Origin: Callorhinchus milii
Taxonomy: Eukaryota
Length of the DNA: 64,000 nt
Reading direction: 5' to 3'
Assembly: GCF_018977255.1 (NCBI RefSeq)
Contig: NW_024704742.1
Span: 83,764,001 to 83,828,000, forward strand
The notes beneath the pieces were generated by a model that saw only the letters and a list, made by a program, of their open reading frames with translations, was not told the origin of the DNA and made no database searches. Numbering within the stretch: position 1 is the first letter of the stretch; the number at the start of each line of letters is the position of its first letter. This document shows, piece after piece, positions 13,621 through 26,025 of the stretch. Made by a program: the position numbers and the translations under genes.

Positions 13621-14739
13621 TTCTGCTCCAATGAGAACCTGCTTTGTCACTTGCTGTATGGCTGTTTGTGGGACATTTCTGTATACAAATTGGCTGCTAT
13701 GTTCCCCCACAAAATACACAACCATACAATTTACAGTGCATCCCGTGACGTTCTTTGAGACATCTTGATGATATGATAGCGCTACATCAAATACAAGGAT
13801 TATTATGATAATGCTCCTGACTCCTATCCCAGCTTCTCCTCACTCCAAGCCTTTAGGGTTAGGATGGACTGCTCTCTCCACTGTCTCCCCAAATATCTTT
13901 ACCTTGTACTTCTCCCTTTGCCTTCAAAACCTTCATTAAAACATATCTCTTTGACCATATCTTTGGTCAATGCCTCATCATCCCTTTAAAAGCATGTTGA
14001 GCCATTCATATGTGAAAAATAATTTGTAAGTGCAAATTGTTGCAACTGTTAAGCATGACAGTTTGAGATATTCACTGCACTGAATATTCTTCGACACATT
14101 CTTTCTTATCCTGGATTGTGCAATTGGCGACAATGACTTATGCCAATTGGAGGAAAATGAATATAGAATCTCTTGAGAGATTGTCTCATTACGTTACTGA
14201 GGTTGATGCAGGGATAACAGTTTTACTGGATTGTATTTGGTTCAGGTTCAGCTAGTAAATTGTTGTCCTGTATATGGAAAATGGATTAATTTCTTAGCTC
14301 TGACTTCACTTAATATCAGAATTTTAATTTCCTCCTCTTGCTATAAGTTGCTTTGGCTTTCGAAAGATAGCAATGATATGAGAGGGATTACATGTAGAGA
14401 CGTAAACAGTAATCTTTGGAAAGATGGATGTACATGCTATTACAATTTTATGGCCATCATAAAATGTTTTTTTTAAAAAAACTATCTTTAGCTTTCAGTA
14501 ACCATAGGAACATAAGCAGCTTGTTTAGAAGCCAGTCTGCCATAGTTTGTGAGAAGGAGGTTCTTTCTTTAACTCATTGAAAACCTAATACCAGAACCCA
14601 CCCATGACAGTGAATTGGATAATGGTACATTTAGAGAGAACATCTGCCCATGAGGAGGTACACGTGCCTCCTTACCTCTGCCTCTGATTGTATCAACCTC
14701 CCTGACAGCTCAATCCGCTTACAGACCCAATGTTTTGTG

Positions 14740-15295
14740 TCTGAGTATTTTGTTGACTCTGGGCTCTTCTTAAGCTCTTTATCTGATCCTTAACCAAGTC
14801 CGCTTTCCTCCGCTTCCCAGTATCACCCGTTTCCATCCCCATCTCACGGAAACCTTCATAGTCACACCTTCAGATTTGACTTCTCCATTTGTCTTCTCAT
14901 TAGCCTTTCTAGCTCCATCCTCCACAAGCGCCACAGACTATGTATTTCGCATATCTGGCACTGACTGGGCTCTTCAAGCACATTACCCCCATCCTCACAC
15001 TCTGCAATCTTTTCCACTCCACAAACCCAGACCATCTGTCATTCCTTTGGCACACCATTGGTGGGTGAGCTTTCAGACACTTTGCTTCCACTCTCTGAAC
15101 TCTCTCCCAAAACCCTTCTAAGCCTAATACACCCTCCATATCTGTTTTCAAAATCTTTCTAAAAACATACCTCTTTGACAGCTCCTTCAGTCACCTCCCT
15201 GATACTGCCCCACCCCACCATGCACTCCATCTATGTTAAGTGCTTTGAGATGTTATCCTATATGACAGGTGCTAAATATGTATGTGCAAGTTATT
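14740..15295 (+). mobile_element. Old degenerate L2 3' fragment
   Basis: Diverged similarity to the L2 ORF2 end (caccattggtgggtgagctttcag, ctctttgacag) and a terminal hairpin remnant. Confidence 0.65.
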
Positions 15296-16149
15296 TTTGC
15301 TCAGAGGTACAACATAAAGTAGATGCCCAAGAGTGTTCAGGGCTGCAGAATAACTGAGAGGCCCAGATGACCCACTGTTCAAGGGATCTAAACTGCCTTA
15401 AATTGCAGTACAGCTTTGTAATACAATCTCAGACAAGCATTAGGACTGGAAAAAAATAGTATTCGCAAACTGAAAGTCACTGTGTAAATTGTGACTGAAA
15501 TCATGGTACTTGTTAATAAATTCACCCGCAAAAAATCACACAATTTACAATCCCAGACTCTGACCAAAGGTCATTTTGTGGCTGGTGGTTTCCTTTTCAT
15601 CCTTTTTGACAGACATTTTGAGTTTTTTATGGCCAAGTAAAAGCCTGACAAGAGACAAGAGACAAAAAAAAATGCCGTATGCAAAATAGGATTCGGGGGC
15701 ATTTTTGGGGGAGAGATTTTGTTCACGGATCTTACACAGATTACCATGTGATGAGGCTGGAATGAATTTACTTAATTTCTTTACATTTTAGTGTTTCCAA
15801 AACTTTATCAGATTGGTCATATCTTTTGATAATGAAGCTTCTAACAAGGCGAAACCTAAATTCATGAGGACCCCACTCACCATCATTCTGATGTTGCTAA
15901 TTAACCTATTTCAAGTTTAACATAAAAATGACTTGCACGTCGGTTAATTCACTATTATGCAAAGTGCAGATTAATTTGTAAAAACATTGCTTTGTAATTG
16001 CTGCCTTTGAAGTGTATTTATTGGGTTTCTGGAGCAGAAATGGAAACATTCCCAAAGAAAATGATTAGTGCCATTAGAAAGCACAAGTGATAACAGTGGG
16101 GATCTCATAGAGGGATAAATGCTAAAGGGGATTGAGAAAGCAAACCCAG

Positions 16150-16660
16150 AATACTTGCATTTGATACAGTGCCTCAGGAGGATGTCTCATCGCGCTTCAC
16201 AGGAGTTACTGTAAAATGTAGTGACTGAGTATTTTGCAGGTTTTGCAATATAGCAACGACCTATAAACAGCCATGATATAAATGACCAATTTTATTTGGG
16301 GGATTGTTAGCCAGGATACCAGGAGTAGTTCTGTAAACGTAAAATACTGCAGATGCTGGAAATCTGAAACAAAAACAAAAGTCGCTGGGAACACTCAGCA
16401 GGTCAGGCAGCATCTAAATGCACCTGAGTGTTCCCAATGACTTCAGGAGTGATTCTCTTCTCTTTTTCAATAGTGTCATGGGATCTTTAACAAGCAAATG
16501 TCTAATGTCTCATCCAAACTTGGCATCTTCAACAAAGCAGCATTCCTAACACTTTATTTGGAGTGTCAGCCTAGAATATGAGCTCAAAGTCCTAACGTAG
16601 GGCTTGAATCAATACCCTTCTGATTCAGAAGCATGTATGCTACCAATTGAGCCAGTCTGA
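16150..16660 (-). mobile_element. Old Deu-domain SINE (variant A) carrying a palindromic insert
   Basis: Tail at 16150, Deu body, tRNA-like head at 16600-16660. Confidence 0.8.
16333..16443. mobile_element. Short palindromic element (Penelope/MITE-like repeat common in sharks)
   Basis: aaatactgcagatgctggaaatctgaaac; arms tgggaacactcag / ctgagtgttccca; flanked by caggagtNNttct duplication; related reverse fragment at 43470-43550. Confidence 0.6.
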
Positions 16661-18880
16661 CACCTATTTCTTTACACACAGAGTAATTAACATCTGGAGG
16701 GGATAATAATCCTGGCCAATGCCAGGATGCTGGACTCATCTAAGGAACAGCCTGCTACTTTAATGGGAAATGGTAAAGTGGATATCCTGAAAATATGGAA
16801 TCAAATGGGGATTGTTTATTCAAACTCTCTCACAAACTTGTTTGCACAGGGGAAACATAATCAAAAACACCTATTTAGAATAGATGTCTGGATCAACAGC
16901 CTGAGAGGTCATGATGATGCAAACCCTCCCTCATGAATAAAACATGGCATTTTGCCTAATGCCATTTTGTGAACACCACACCTCTCCTAATCCAATTCTC
17001 CTTATCTCTGCATGTTTGGACGATCATCACTCTAATAATTCTTGCATTTGACATGGAACTATCTCAGAATGATTCACAAGTAATTTCTGTCGAGTATCAT
17101 GGCCTATGCTTGTTTGTGCATAGCCCAAACTTCATGACCCCACATTCTCACACAATCGCAATGAATTGTGCTTGTCTTGTCTATTTTAATAGCGGTATTA
17201 GTCACTTGATTTAATTTCACACCCCATTTAATTTTGTGGAAAAATTCTGAGCATGACGATAGCGAAAATAATGGGGCCATGATTAATGACCAGCTATAGT
17301 GAGTGTATATTTGTAAGTTCTGAAGACATATGGTCACAGTGAGAAGCGGTCACTTTCACCATCATCAGCAGGGACCGGTTATTGCATGACATGGCAATTC
17401 TTTTTCATCTCTTTACGCAGCTAATATGAGGTTTGCAAATCCTAAGGGTGCTATTGCTTTCAGAGTTCTGGAATTATAATCTACCAGAAAGTAGCAGAAA
17501 AACATTTTTTAAAAAATCAGAAGTTCATAATTTCCTTTTTTTAGCTTTAAGACTATTTTACCTTAAAATTTAAGATTACGTAGAATTTTGCAAAATTCTT
17601 AAATTCAGTGTTCATTTGGATGCTGGTTTTCTAGTTCTTAAAAAAGACCAGCTCAAAAATTAAAACTGGATCTAAGAACGTTCCACAATTCTGAATGATC
17701 TTATATGTTAAGGCAGTAAGGCTTAAGGCTGAGAACATTTGAAATTTCAGGCCTCAGGTGTGGCAACCATTTTACAGTGGCAGTGCTCCATACAGAGTCA
17801 GACAAACACAAAACGATGTGCTTAAAATATTTTTTGTCCAAATCAAACCCAACCTATATTCCCAAACACCTAATCTGATAAATGCACAATGTAATGATGT
17901 GCAGACAGGCAGGCAAACAGACAGAAAATGCAGTATTGTATACATCTGAGAATAACATACTGTCATAACAGAGCTTTACAGAGGACAACACTGAATACTT
18001 TGAGACATGATAGTACAAAATCTTTGCCCAAAGAGCATTTTAAAACACAGCATTGGTAGTGTAATAATTAAATTTTCCACCTAGACTGAAAGCACCCTAA
18101 GACAAGAGCTGTTTTTTTTCTAATCTGTGATGTTGCGTAATACATGGGATTTGAGAATCAGCCTCCTATACAACAACTGCAGGAGACCCTGAAACACGAA
18201 ACGAACAGCATGTAGATATGTGCATGTGTGGGGGAGGGGCTGGAGTGGTGGTTTTGAGCTTCAGACATTGAACGAGACTGAGAGGAAGTGGCTGCGCGGG
18301 AGCAAGGTCACATTATCAGCCAGGAAAAGAAAGGAGTTCCAGAGAAATCTGAATACATTGGGGGTCTGAAATGCGGTCATTTCTAATAGGATTCCTAAAT
18401 TAATGAATCCGTGAGTGGGGGCTTATTTTGGTAACTGGAAGCACGTCTTGCTGACCTGCGGGAAAGGTTGCTCTGAAAATAGATTGTATCGGAGGGAGTT
18501 CCTGCTAGTTAGTGTGACTTACTTCTCGATTCCTCAAAGGAACTCTGTTTGAAAAACACCATGTTTTCGACCTCATTATACAGATTAAGACGTGCACTGC
18601 AGCGAGCACAAACATCTGTCTGCTGTAAAATGTCCTGCCTTCCTCAGGGTCGCCAGCAGTATCGCAGCAACTGGATGGAAATTAATTTGCACCGTGCAGA
18701 CTTGCATCATGTCCACAGTTTCCTTATTGCTTCAGTTTGAATCAACCGTAGTGTGCACTGTGGCCTGATGTTAAACCAGATGTGTATCACAAAGGAATCC
18801 TTTGGCTTGGTGATATCCTTTGGCTTGGCTGCACCCAGATCAAAAGCCTATGAAGGAAAGATGGTAGCAGACTTCCTGGA

Positions 18881-19183
18881 TGGAGTCCTGTAGCTCAGTG
18901 GTTAGAGCACTCGCTTTGCAAGCGAGAGACCTGGGTTCAATTCCAGGCAGGACGAAACCTTGGGCAAGTTTCCTTACTCCACACGCCTGATAATAATCCC
19001 TCCAAAAAACAAAACAATAATAAATTGGTCATTTTCAATCCATGACTGTTTGTGGGACACTGCTGTGCGCAATTGGCTGCCACGTTTCACCCACAAATAT
19101 TCAGTCAATTCACTCTACAGTATATTCTGTGAAGCCCTTTGAGACGTCTAGAAGATGTGAAAAGCGCTATATGAAATGCAAGG

Positions 19184-19216
<33 letters not shown>
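18881..19216 (+). mobile_element. Young tRNA(Ala-TGC)-derived SINE, variant C, full length
   Basis: Near-cloverleaf head at 18884-18954 with anticodon arm CTCGC-TTTGCAA-GCGAG; 3' hairpin; long (TTA)n tail. Confidence 0.95.
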
Positions 19217-19217
<1 letters not shown>

Positions 19218-19664
19218 GATGGATTTAAGTCATCTGGGTTAGGCTGTTCAAAATAACATTTCAGTTCATTGCAGTGGGAAGGCGGGAGGACGGGTCACAT
19301 GTCTGCAGCTAGGCAAACAGGCGTTGTGCTGGCAAGGGGCAACCTAAGAAACACTGAAGCATGTTGAACAATGGGGGAGAAGTGAATTCGCTTCACCCAA
19401 TTTTCTTTACCACCTTCCTCGAGGCGGTGAGTCATTCCGGGCCAGGGTTCCATGAGTGCCAGCAACCTTCCTGGACCTCACCCCAGTAGGCATTCTTCAT
19501 GTCTGAGCAGAGGCAGAATGTCATCACGCTACTCAGCCATCAGAGACATCAGAGGCCAGCCCAATTCTACGTTTCCACATCTACTCCAGTGCACTTTCAC
19601 ACAGGGGTCACTGAACAACAAACACAAGCTTCAGCCCTACCTGATTTTCTGTGGTGAGTGCACC

Positions 19665-19875
19665 AGCAAGCTTCACTTCCCCTGTCCTACCCTCCCTACC
19701 ACTGGCAGTCGGGCTTTCAGTGTATCTGCCCGCACATTGTGGAACTGCATCCCGGAGTTCCTTTGACTTGCACCTTCCCTCCCCTTTCCTTTTTCCCTTG
19801 CTTGGCATCCAACCCCGTGCAGTGCTCCAAGACACTATCCTGTGTGAAGGGCGCTGTATAAATGCAAGTTATTGT
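19665..19875 (+). mobile_element. L2 3' fragment
   Basis: Reads PTTGSRAFSVSARTLWN, followed by terminal gggcgctgtataaatgcaagtt. Confidence 0.75.
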
Positions 19876-20437
19876 AGGCCTTGACTTTGATGTTACTCAG
19901 CACATTGCTGAAAGATCCCAAAGTGCTTCACAGGGTTTAGTATAATGTGTAGTGACTATGTATTTAGCAGGTGAATGAAAAGGTCCTAATTTAAAATTGA
20001 ATTGAAAAGTTTCAATCAAAATGATCCTGTAGGCTAAAACTAGCTGAAATACCAGGGACACACCTAAAAATGGATTACAACTTGCAAAGGTGTAAGGGAC
20101 ATCCTTGACTTGTGCAGTCACTAACAAAGAAAATGCCAATTTGGCTGTAGGACAAGATTGCATTGAGCTTCAAAATCATGCCAGGAGAAACATCTAACCA
20201 GGAGCCTAAAAATTCTGTATGTTGAGTTTGCAGTTTCTCTTTCCCTAACAGACTCCCAATACACTAAAAAAAAGTGTCCTCAAAAACTAAAACACCAGAA
20301 AGTCTCAGATTTACATGCAATAGTTCAGTTTCATGCATATATCAGTTGCTTTGCAAATGGTATCCGCAGCTGTCTGTCTGTTCAAGTGCAATTATACTTT
20401 TAAGTAATTGGTTACTTCTGTCCTTTTGTGGTTACAG

Positions 20438-20590
20438 GTGAATTGCCTTTCTGATCCATCATTTATGGATGACATAATCGTTTCTGGAAGCATTGCTGAG
20501 GCATCAGAGGTGGAGGAACCCACAAGGTGTGGAGGAGGAGGAGCAGGAGGAGGAGGACCAGGTGGGGAGAAAGTCCAGATATTGAACTTG
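20438..20590 (+). CDS. Candidate 153-nt phase 0/0 exon of an unknown gene (VNCLSDPSFMDD...GGGPGGEKVQILNL)
   Basis: Pyrimidine tract plus ttacag acceptor, TTG|gtatgt donor, open frame in unique sequence; protein not recognised. Confidence 0.3.
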
Positions 20591-21180
20591 GTATGTTCAG
20601 ACAATCTTCTATGGAACAAAGGAAAGATCATCACCTGTCACCAGATCAGACACAAGACTGTACGAGGTGTCACAAACAGTCAGAGTGTCTGCCCTGATGG
20701 ATAATGGGAGACTGGGAGATGTCAGACACAAGAGGCAAATGGTTTCCTGGTTACACCCCAGAGACTTGTAAAGATGGTAATGTACCAGCTGAGACAGACC
20801 ATGGACACAGCCTGGGATTGACGACATGGCACTCACTTGGGTTTCCTGGATAGCATCATGTAACTGACCTGGACGTAGCTGACAATGTAGGTAAGCTGTC
20901 TGTCCTTTCTGGTCACTGCACTGGTGCAAAGCCAGCTCCGCTACTCCAGGATGTAGATTCTCAGAGCTCCAGTGAATGACGTGAAGGCTTTAGCACAGCA
21001 GGGTAGAGTCAGCATCTACCTCAACTGCGACTGAGCTCCCCGTGCAGCAGGCTTTGATGGACAGATCCTCCCCGAAGCTCGGCAGATCAGAAAACAAGAA
21101 AAGAGACATCTTTCCTTCTGTTTTCCTTTCACTGTTCATATTTTGCAATTAGACCTGTTTACCTTCTGCACAGAAATTTA

Positions 21181-21430
21181 TAATAAAAATCCTTACATTT
21201 GATATAGAGCCTTATCACATTGTTGAGACATCTCAAAGCACTGAAGGGATTATCACCCCCAGATAGCAATCCACCGATCAACCAACAACCAGGTTCCTAC
21301 TTACTGCTAGGCAAACAGAGACATGTAAGACACGCACAAAACTTGCCTAAGGTTTTGCCCTGCCCAGAACTCGAACCCATGTCCTCTTTCCTGCGAGGCG
21401 AGCTTGCTAGCCATTAGCTTAGGGAACTCT
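21181..21430 (-). mobile_element. SINE variant B with internal deletion
   Basis: Tail joined directly to the middle segment and tRNA head. Confidence 0.8.
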
Positions 21431-21874
21431 ACAATATTTGCATAGAGTTATGGTGTTACAGTAGACACTTAGCAAAGAGGTGCTTTAAATTGACAGATAT
21501 TAACAATCAATATATAATTTAACATTTCTTGTGCATTTTAATAGTTCTGTGAAATTAATTGACCGCAGTTATTTTATCACCTCTTGCTCCATTATGTTTA
21601 ACGGCTGAGGAGGTATCTCCACAAATTGGTCTTCTGTAAAAGAATTGCCTGGAAGCAACCTTTTCTTCATATAATATCTTTATGTAGTCGAAATCCTCAC
21701 ACAATACAAATTTACATGTATATAGCATATTTGAAGTCGGCAGTACTTGACACTGCTGGCTAGAAACCTTGAGCTCATCCATGCATGAACACCTCCAGAC
21801 GTATTTTTCCATCACCCTCTTCGCTGGACTTTCCAGCTCAACCCTCCACAAACTCCTGATTATTCCAGAGACAA

Positions 21875-22505
21875 GAGGGGTGGGGGAGAGAGAGAAAGGG
21901 AAAGAAAGGAAAAGTGAGAAACAGAAAGAGACACAGAGAGGGAGATAAAGAGAGACACCGAAAGAGGAAGACAAAGAGAGAGAGAGAGAGAGAGAAACAG
22001 AGGGAGAGAGAGAGGAAGGAGGGCAGAGACTTGTTTTGGTCAGCCGGGTATCTGACGTATGAGAAAAGCCATGATCAAGCTTAAGCGTATCTACACCAGA
22101 CTCCTGGTTCAACATATGTATTATTATCATTGTTATTATTATTATTATATATTATGTATGCCACTTCCATATGTTTTGTGGGTATGCCTGGTTCAAAAAC
22201 TGGCTCAGAAACACAGTGAGGCAGGTAGACAGAGAGGGGGAAGGAGATGGAGAGAGAGGAAGGCAGAAGGGAGAAAGAGACGGAGACAGATGGAGGGAAA
22301 CAATGCTTGCTCTCTTTTTTTTCAATGCCCACCCCCCACCTCCCTCTCTCTCTGTCTCCTTCACTCTCTTCCGTCTCTCCTCTGTCTCTTTCTTCCCTTT
22401 CACTATCCCTCTGCCTGTTTCTCCCCCGCTCTCTGTCTTTCTGTTTCCCACCCTTCTCTCTCTTTCCCTCTGACTGGTTGTGTGTGCATGTCTCTCTCTC
22501 TTTCT
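21875..22505. repeat. GA-rich and CT-rich low-complexity tracts, with a family X fragment at 22033-22120
   Basis: Purine tracts at 21875-22022 and 22225-22300, pyrimidine tract at 22340-22505. Confidence 0.85.
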
Positions 22506-22809
22506 GCTGTAATATTCACTCAGATGACGTTGCATCATGTTTTGCGGCTGAGACATTTTTTGAAAATAATTCCTTTTTATAAAAAAAGTCTTCAAAATGT
22601 AGTTGGAGGTTTTTTAAAAAATATAAAAAGGCACAAATGGCTTTTTTATATTAAAAAAACGACGTAGCCCCACAACACGTCCAGGAAGGTCAAAAACGTT
22701 TTTTCTCCTCTAGATCTATGTTCGCCCACAAAATACACAGTCATTACTTTGCAGTAAATCTCCTGAAGAACTTTGAGACGTCCTCCCAATGTGAATAGAA
22801 CTGTACAAA

Positions 22810-22927
22810 ATTATTGTTATTATGATTTTATTATTATTACAATTATTATTACCATCATTATTATTGGTAATTATTAATAGTGGTATTAATTATTATTAAT
22901 AATTACTATTAATTATTATTATTATTT
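22810..22927. repeat. Expanded degenerate (ATT)n tract derived from a SINE tail
   Basis: Directly follows the SINE 3' fragment at 22720-22810. Confidence 0.8.
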
Positions 22928-23521
22928 TAAATAACCCAAGGCTCTCCACCTCTTTGGTCTTCCTCGCCCAACCCTTTGCATTTCCCAAACCACTGTGTAA
23001 AGACATGTTCTCTGATCTCACTTCAAATTCCGGATTAGTTCCACTGTCTGGTGTATTTTTCATGCGTTCTGTGGTAACAGGATTCCTAGATAAGGAGTGC
23101 CATTAGAATTCCTGTCATCCCACGTGTGGCAACTCTGCTGCCTGTGGAATACAGATTTTACACAAACCCACAAACAGAAATTAACACACAAACCCACACG
23201 CAGAATGTAACACATTTAGGAAACGTAGCTTAAAGCTGTAAGTAGCAGGCCGGACCAGGTGCCAGACCTTTCCTGTGGCACTATACAGTACGGGATAATG
23301 TTATCTCCAAGCACTAACAGACCACAACTCTTTTGTGCCCTCTTTCTTATCTCAGGATCCAGGTACACACGGATGAATGTGTTTCATGGAGTGTTATCGT
23401 CACTGGTGAATGAGGTGATACTCTTCATAAATAAACGTTAACCATTCAAAATAATTTTTCACCTCTCCCCTTCTCAAACCCCACATTGTTTTGTCCCATA
23501 TGCAGGGCCGGATTAATCAAT

Positions 23522-23884
23522 ACAACAACAACAACTTGCACTTATATAGTGCCCTCCACGCAGGGTAGCATCTCAGAGCGCTTCACAGTGGCGGAGTCTG
23601 ACTCCAAGCTGGTGGGGGGAGATGGCCGCAAGCACGGTTGAAGAGGAAGGTTTTCAGGCGGGATTTGAAAAAGGCGGAGGGATTGAGGGAGAGTGTTCCA
23701 CAGTTTCAGGGCGTAATGGCTGAAAGCGCAACCTCCGATGGTGGGGCGGAGGGTGCGAGGGACGAGCAGGAGGCCGGTGCCAGTCAAGCAGAGGTGCAGG
23801 GTGGTGGAATGGGGAGTGAGGAGGTCAGAGAGGTAGGGTGGTGCCAGAGAGTGAAGGGATTTGAACACGAGTGTGAGGATCTCA
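23522..23884 (-). mobile_element. L2a-type 3' fragment inside the hAT element
   Basis: ILTLVFKSLHSLAPPYLSDLL...RPTIGG; (TTG)n tail. Confidence 0.9.
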
Positions 23885-24330
23885 CCGGGTCCCCACATCT
23901 AAGGGGCCCCGAGATCCGAGGGGGTCCCGAGGTCTGAGGGGCCCAGATATGATTCACGCCTTTACCTTCCGAATGTAGCTCTCTCCCGGTTGGTCTCTGT
24001 TCTGTCATATCTGTCTCATATGAGGCAGCGCGGAGAGCGATAGAAAGAGAGGTGCAGCAGGAAATAAGAGCCAGTGTGGAGAGCAGGAGTCATGTCTGGC
24101 AGCTATGAGGCTTATCTTAGTGGTGCTAAAAAAAACGTTGGTGTATTGGTGTACTTTCTGTATTTCATATCACATAATAAGTGTGAGAAAGCACATGAAA
24201 CCGAATCATTTGGTGGAATCAATATTTCCAAATGTGACAGTTGCTCTTCATATGCTCTTAACACTTACAATAATAGTCTGTGAAGATGAACGGTCGTTCT
24301 CAAAGATTAGTTTCATCAAAATCTCACTCA

Positions 24331-25472
24331 GTGGAATCCTGTAGCTCAGTGGTTAGAGCACTTGCCTCGCAAGCAAGACCTCTAGGGTTCGATTCCCGGG
24401 AAGGGCGAAACCTGAGGCAAGTTTTGTTGCTCCACACTCCTCTGTTTACCTCGCAAAAGGTAGGAATCCGGTTGTTAGTCAATTGGCGGATCGCTTTCCA
24501 GAGGTAATAATCCCTTAAACAAAAATTTAATTTAAAATTTTTTTGTCACTCAATCCATGACTGTTTGTGGGACACTGCTGTTCACAATTGGCTGCCGTGT
24601 TTCACCCACAAAATACACAGTCAATTCACTTTACAATATATTCTATGAAGTGCTTTACTACTACTACTACTAATTGGATTTATATGGCACCCTCCATGCC
24701 GGATGGCGTCTCAGAGCGCTTTACAGCAATGGATCCCGGGGCCGAGCCAGGGGGAGGGGGAAGAAGGTGACCAAAGGCACGGTTGAAAAGAAAGGTCTTC
24801 AGCCAAGACCTGAAAGTAGAAAGAGAGGGAGCGAAGCGAAGGGACTGAGGAAGGGAGTTCCAGAGCCTCGGGGCGTAGTGGCTGAAAGCACGGCCGCCGA
24901 TGGTGGAGCGGAGGACTCAGGGGACAAGGAGGAGGCCAGACCCGGTGGAACGAAGACAATGGGCACTGTTGTGAGGAGAGAGGAGGTCAGAGAGTTAGGG
25001 GGGTGCAGAGGAGTGGGGGGATTTGAAGACAAGGGTGAGGATCTTGAAGTCGATCCTCTCTGGGACAGGCAGCCAGTGCAGTCTGGCAAGGACTGGAGTA
25101 ATCGGGGAGCGGAGTTTGGTGCGGGTAAGAATGTGGGCGGCAGAGTTTTGTATGACCTGGATTTTATAGGTGGTAGTGGAGGGGAGGCCGGCGAGGAGGG
25201 CATTTGAATAGACCAGTCGAGAGGTGACGAAGGCATGGACCAGGGTTTCAGCGACTTTTGGAGTGAGGTATTGGCGGAGACGGGCAATGCGTACGAGGTG
25301 TAAGAAAGCGGTGCTGGTGAGGGACCGGATGTGGGGGAGGAAGGATAATTGGGGATCGAACCTGACGCCTAGGTTGCGTACGGGTTCAGAGAGTTTTAGA
25401 GTTTCAGAGACTTTGAGATGTCTCAACACGTGATAAGCTGCTATATCAAATGCAAGGATTATTGTTATTATT
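24331..25472 (+). mobile_element. SINE variant B split by an L2a insertion (parts 24331-24656 and 25411-25472)
   Basis: Body ends gaagtgcttt and resumes ctttgagatgtc...(TTA)n. Confidence 0.9.
24657..25400 (-). mobile_element. L2a 3' fragment with a (TAG)n tail
   Basis: NLGVRFDPQLSF...LHWLPVPERIDFKIL; 3' UTR closely matches the 9169 copy. Confidence 0.95.
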
Positions 25473-25719
25473 AGGTCTACAAAGCTAGATTGAATGTACT
25501 CTAGATTGAATGTACTCACAATCCTGTCTAGTGAGCACAATTTGACATGTACACTAAGTTTTGATCATGTATTTGACATGTTTAAGACCATGAAGTCCCA
25601 TAAGCACAAGGTATTGTTGCATATTTCGCATACCTGGCACGAACAGCCCCCGAATGTCATCTGGTTCAGGGTTCCCCAATCCATTAATCTGCCTGCAGGC
25701 ATGGCCTATCAGTTCTTCA

Positions 25720-26025
25720 GATCATGTGATTATATGTCCCATAAACATCCGTGAAGTGAATGACCAATCTTATTTGGGAGATTGTTGCCCAGGGCACCAG
25801 GAGAAAGTGCCTTCTCTTCTGGAATAATGTCATGTGATCTTTCGTCCACCTGAACAGACAGATAGGATGTCAGTTTAATGTCTTACCTGAAGAACACCAC
25901 CTCCACCAATGCAGTGCTCCCCGAGTACTCTTTTGGAATATCAACCCGGATTATAAGGTCTAAGTTCCAATGTACGGCTTGTAGCCCATACCCTTTGGCA
26001 CAGAGGCGAAAGTGATACCAACTAA
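25720..26025 (-). mobile_element. Old Deu-domain SINE (variant A)
   Basis: Deu body and tRNA-like head on the minus strand. Confidence 0.75.

Larger units (their letters stand above)
23503..25695 (+). mobile_element. Internally deleted hAT DNA transposon with nested retroelements
   Basis: Left TIR cagggccggattaa at 23503, degenerate right TIR ttaatctgcctg at 25684-25695. hAT dimerisation-domain remnant FPNVTVALHMLLTL...CEDERSFSKISFIK (24217-24330) resumes after the SINE as RST...RLNVLTILSSEH...FDHVFDMF (25472-25610). Confidence 0.85.

Noticed and set aside
18523..18544. Minus-strand 22-nt microexon candidate (cag...gtaagt)
   Set aside because: Not frame-preserving and has no other support.
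18884..18954. Apparent tRNA-Ala(TGC) gene, also at about 2185-2257, 50190-50263 and 61637-61708
   Set aside because: Runs straight into a SINE body and tail and has an imperfect T arm; these are SINE heads.
21555..22130. 191-aa minus-strand ORF
   Set aside because: The first half is a family X fragment plus CT-rich sequence. The remaining roughly 100 codons have a possible acceptor and a downstream ATTAAA but no recognisable motif, and that length can arise by chance in 64 kb.
22059..22667. Several overlapping 100-200 aa ORFs
   Set aside because: Artefacts of stop-poor GA/CT low-complexity tracts.
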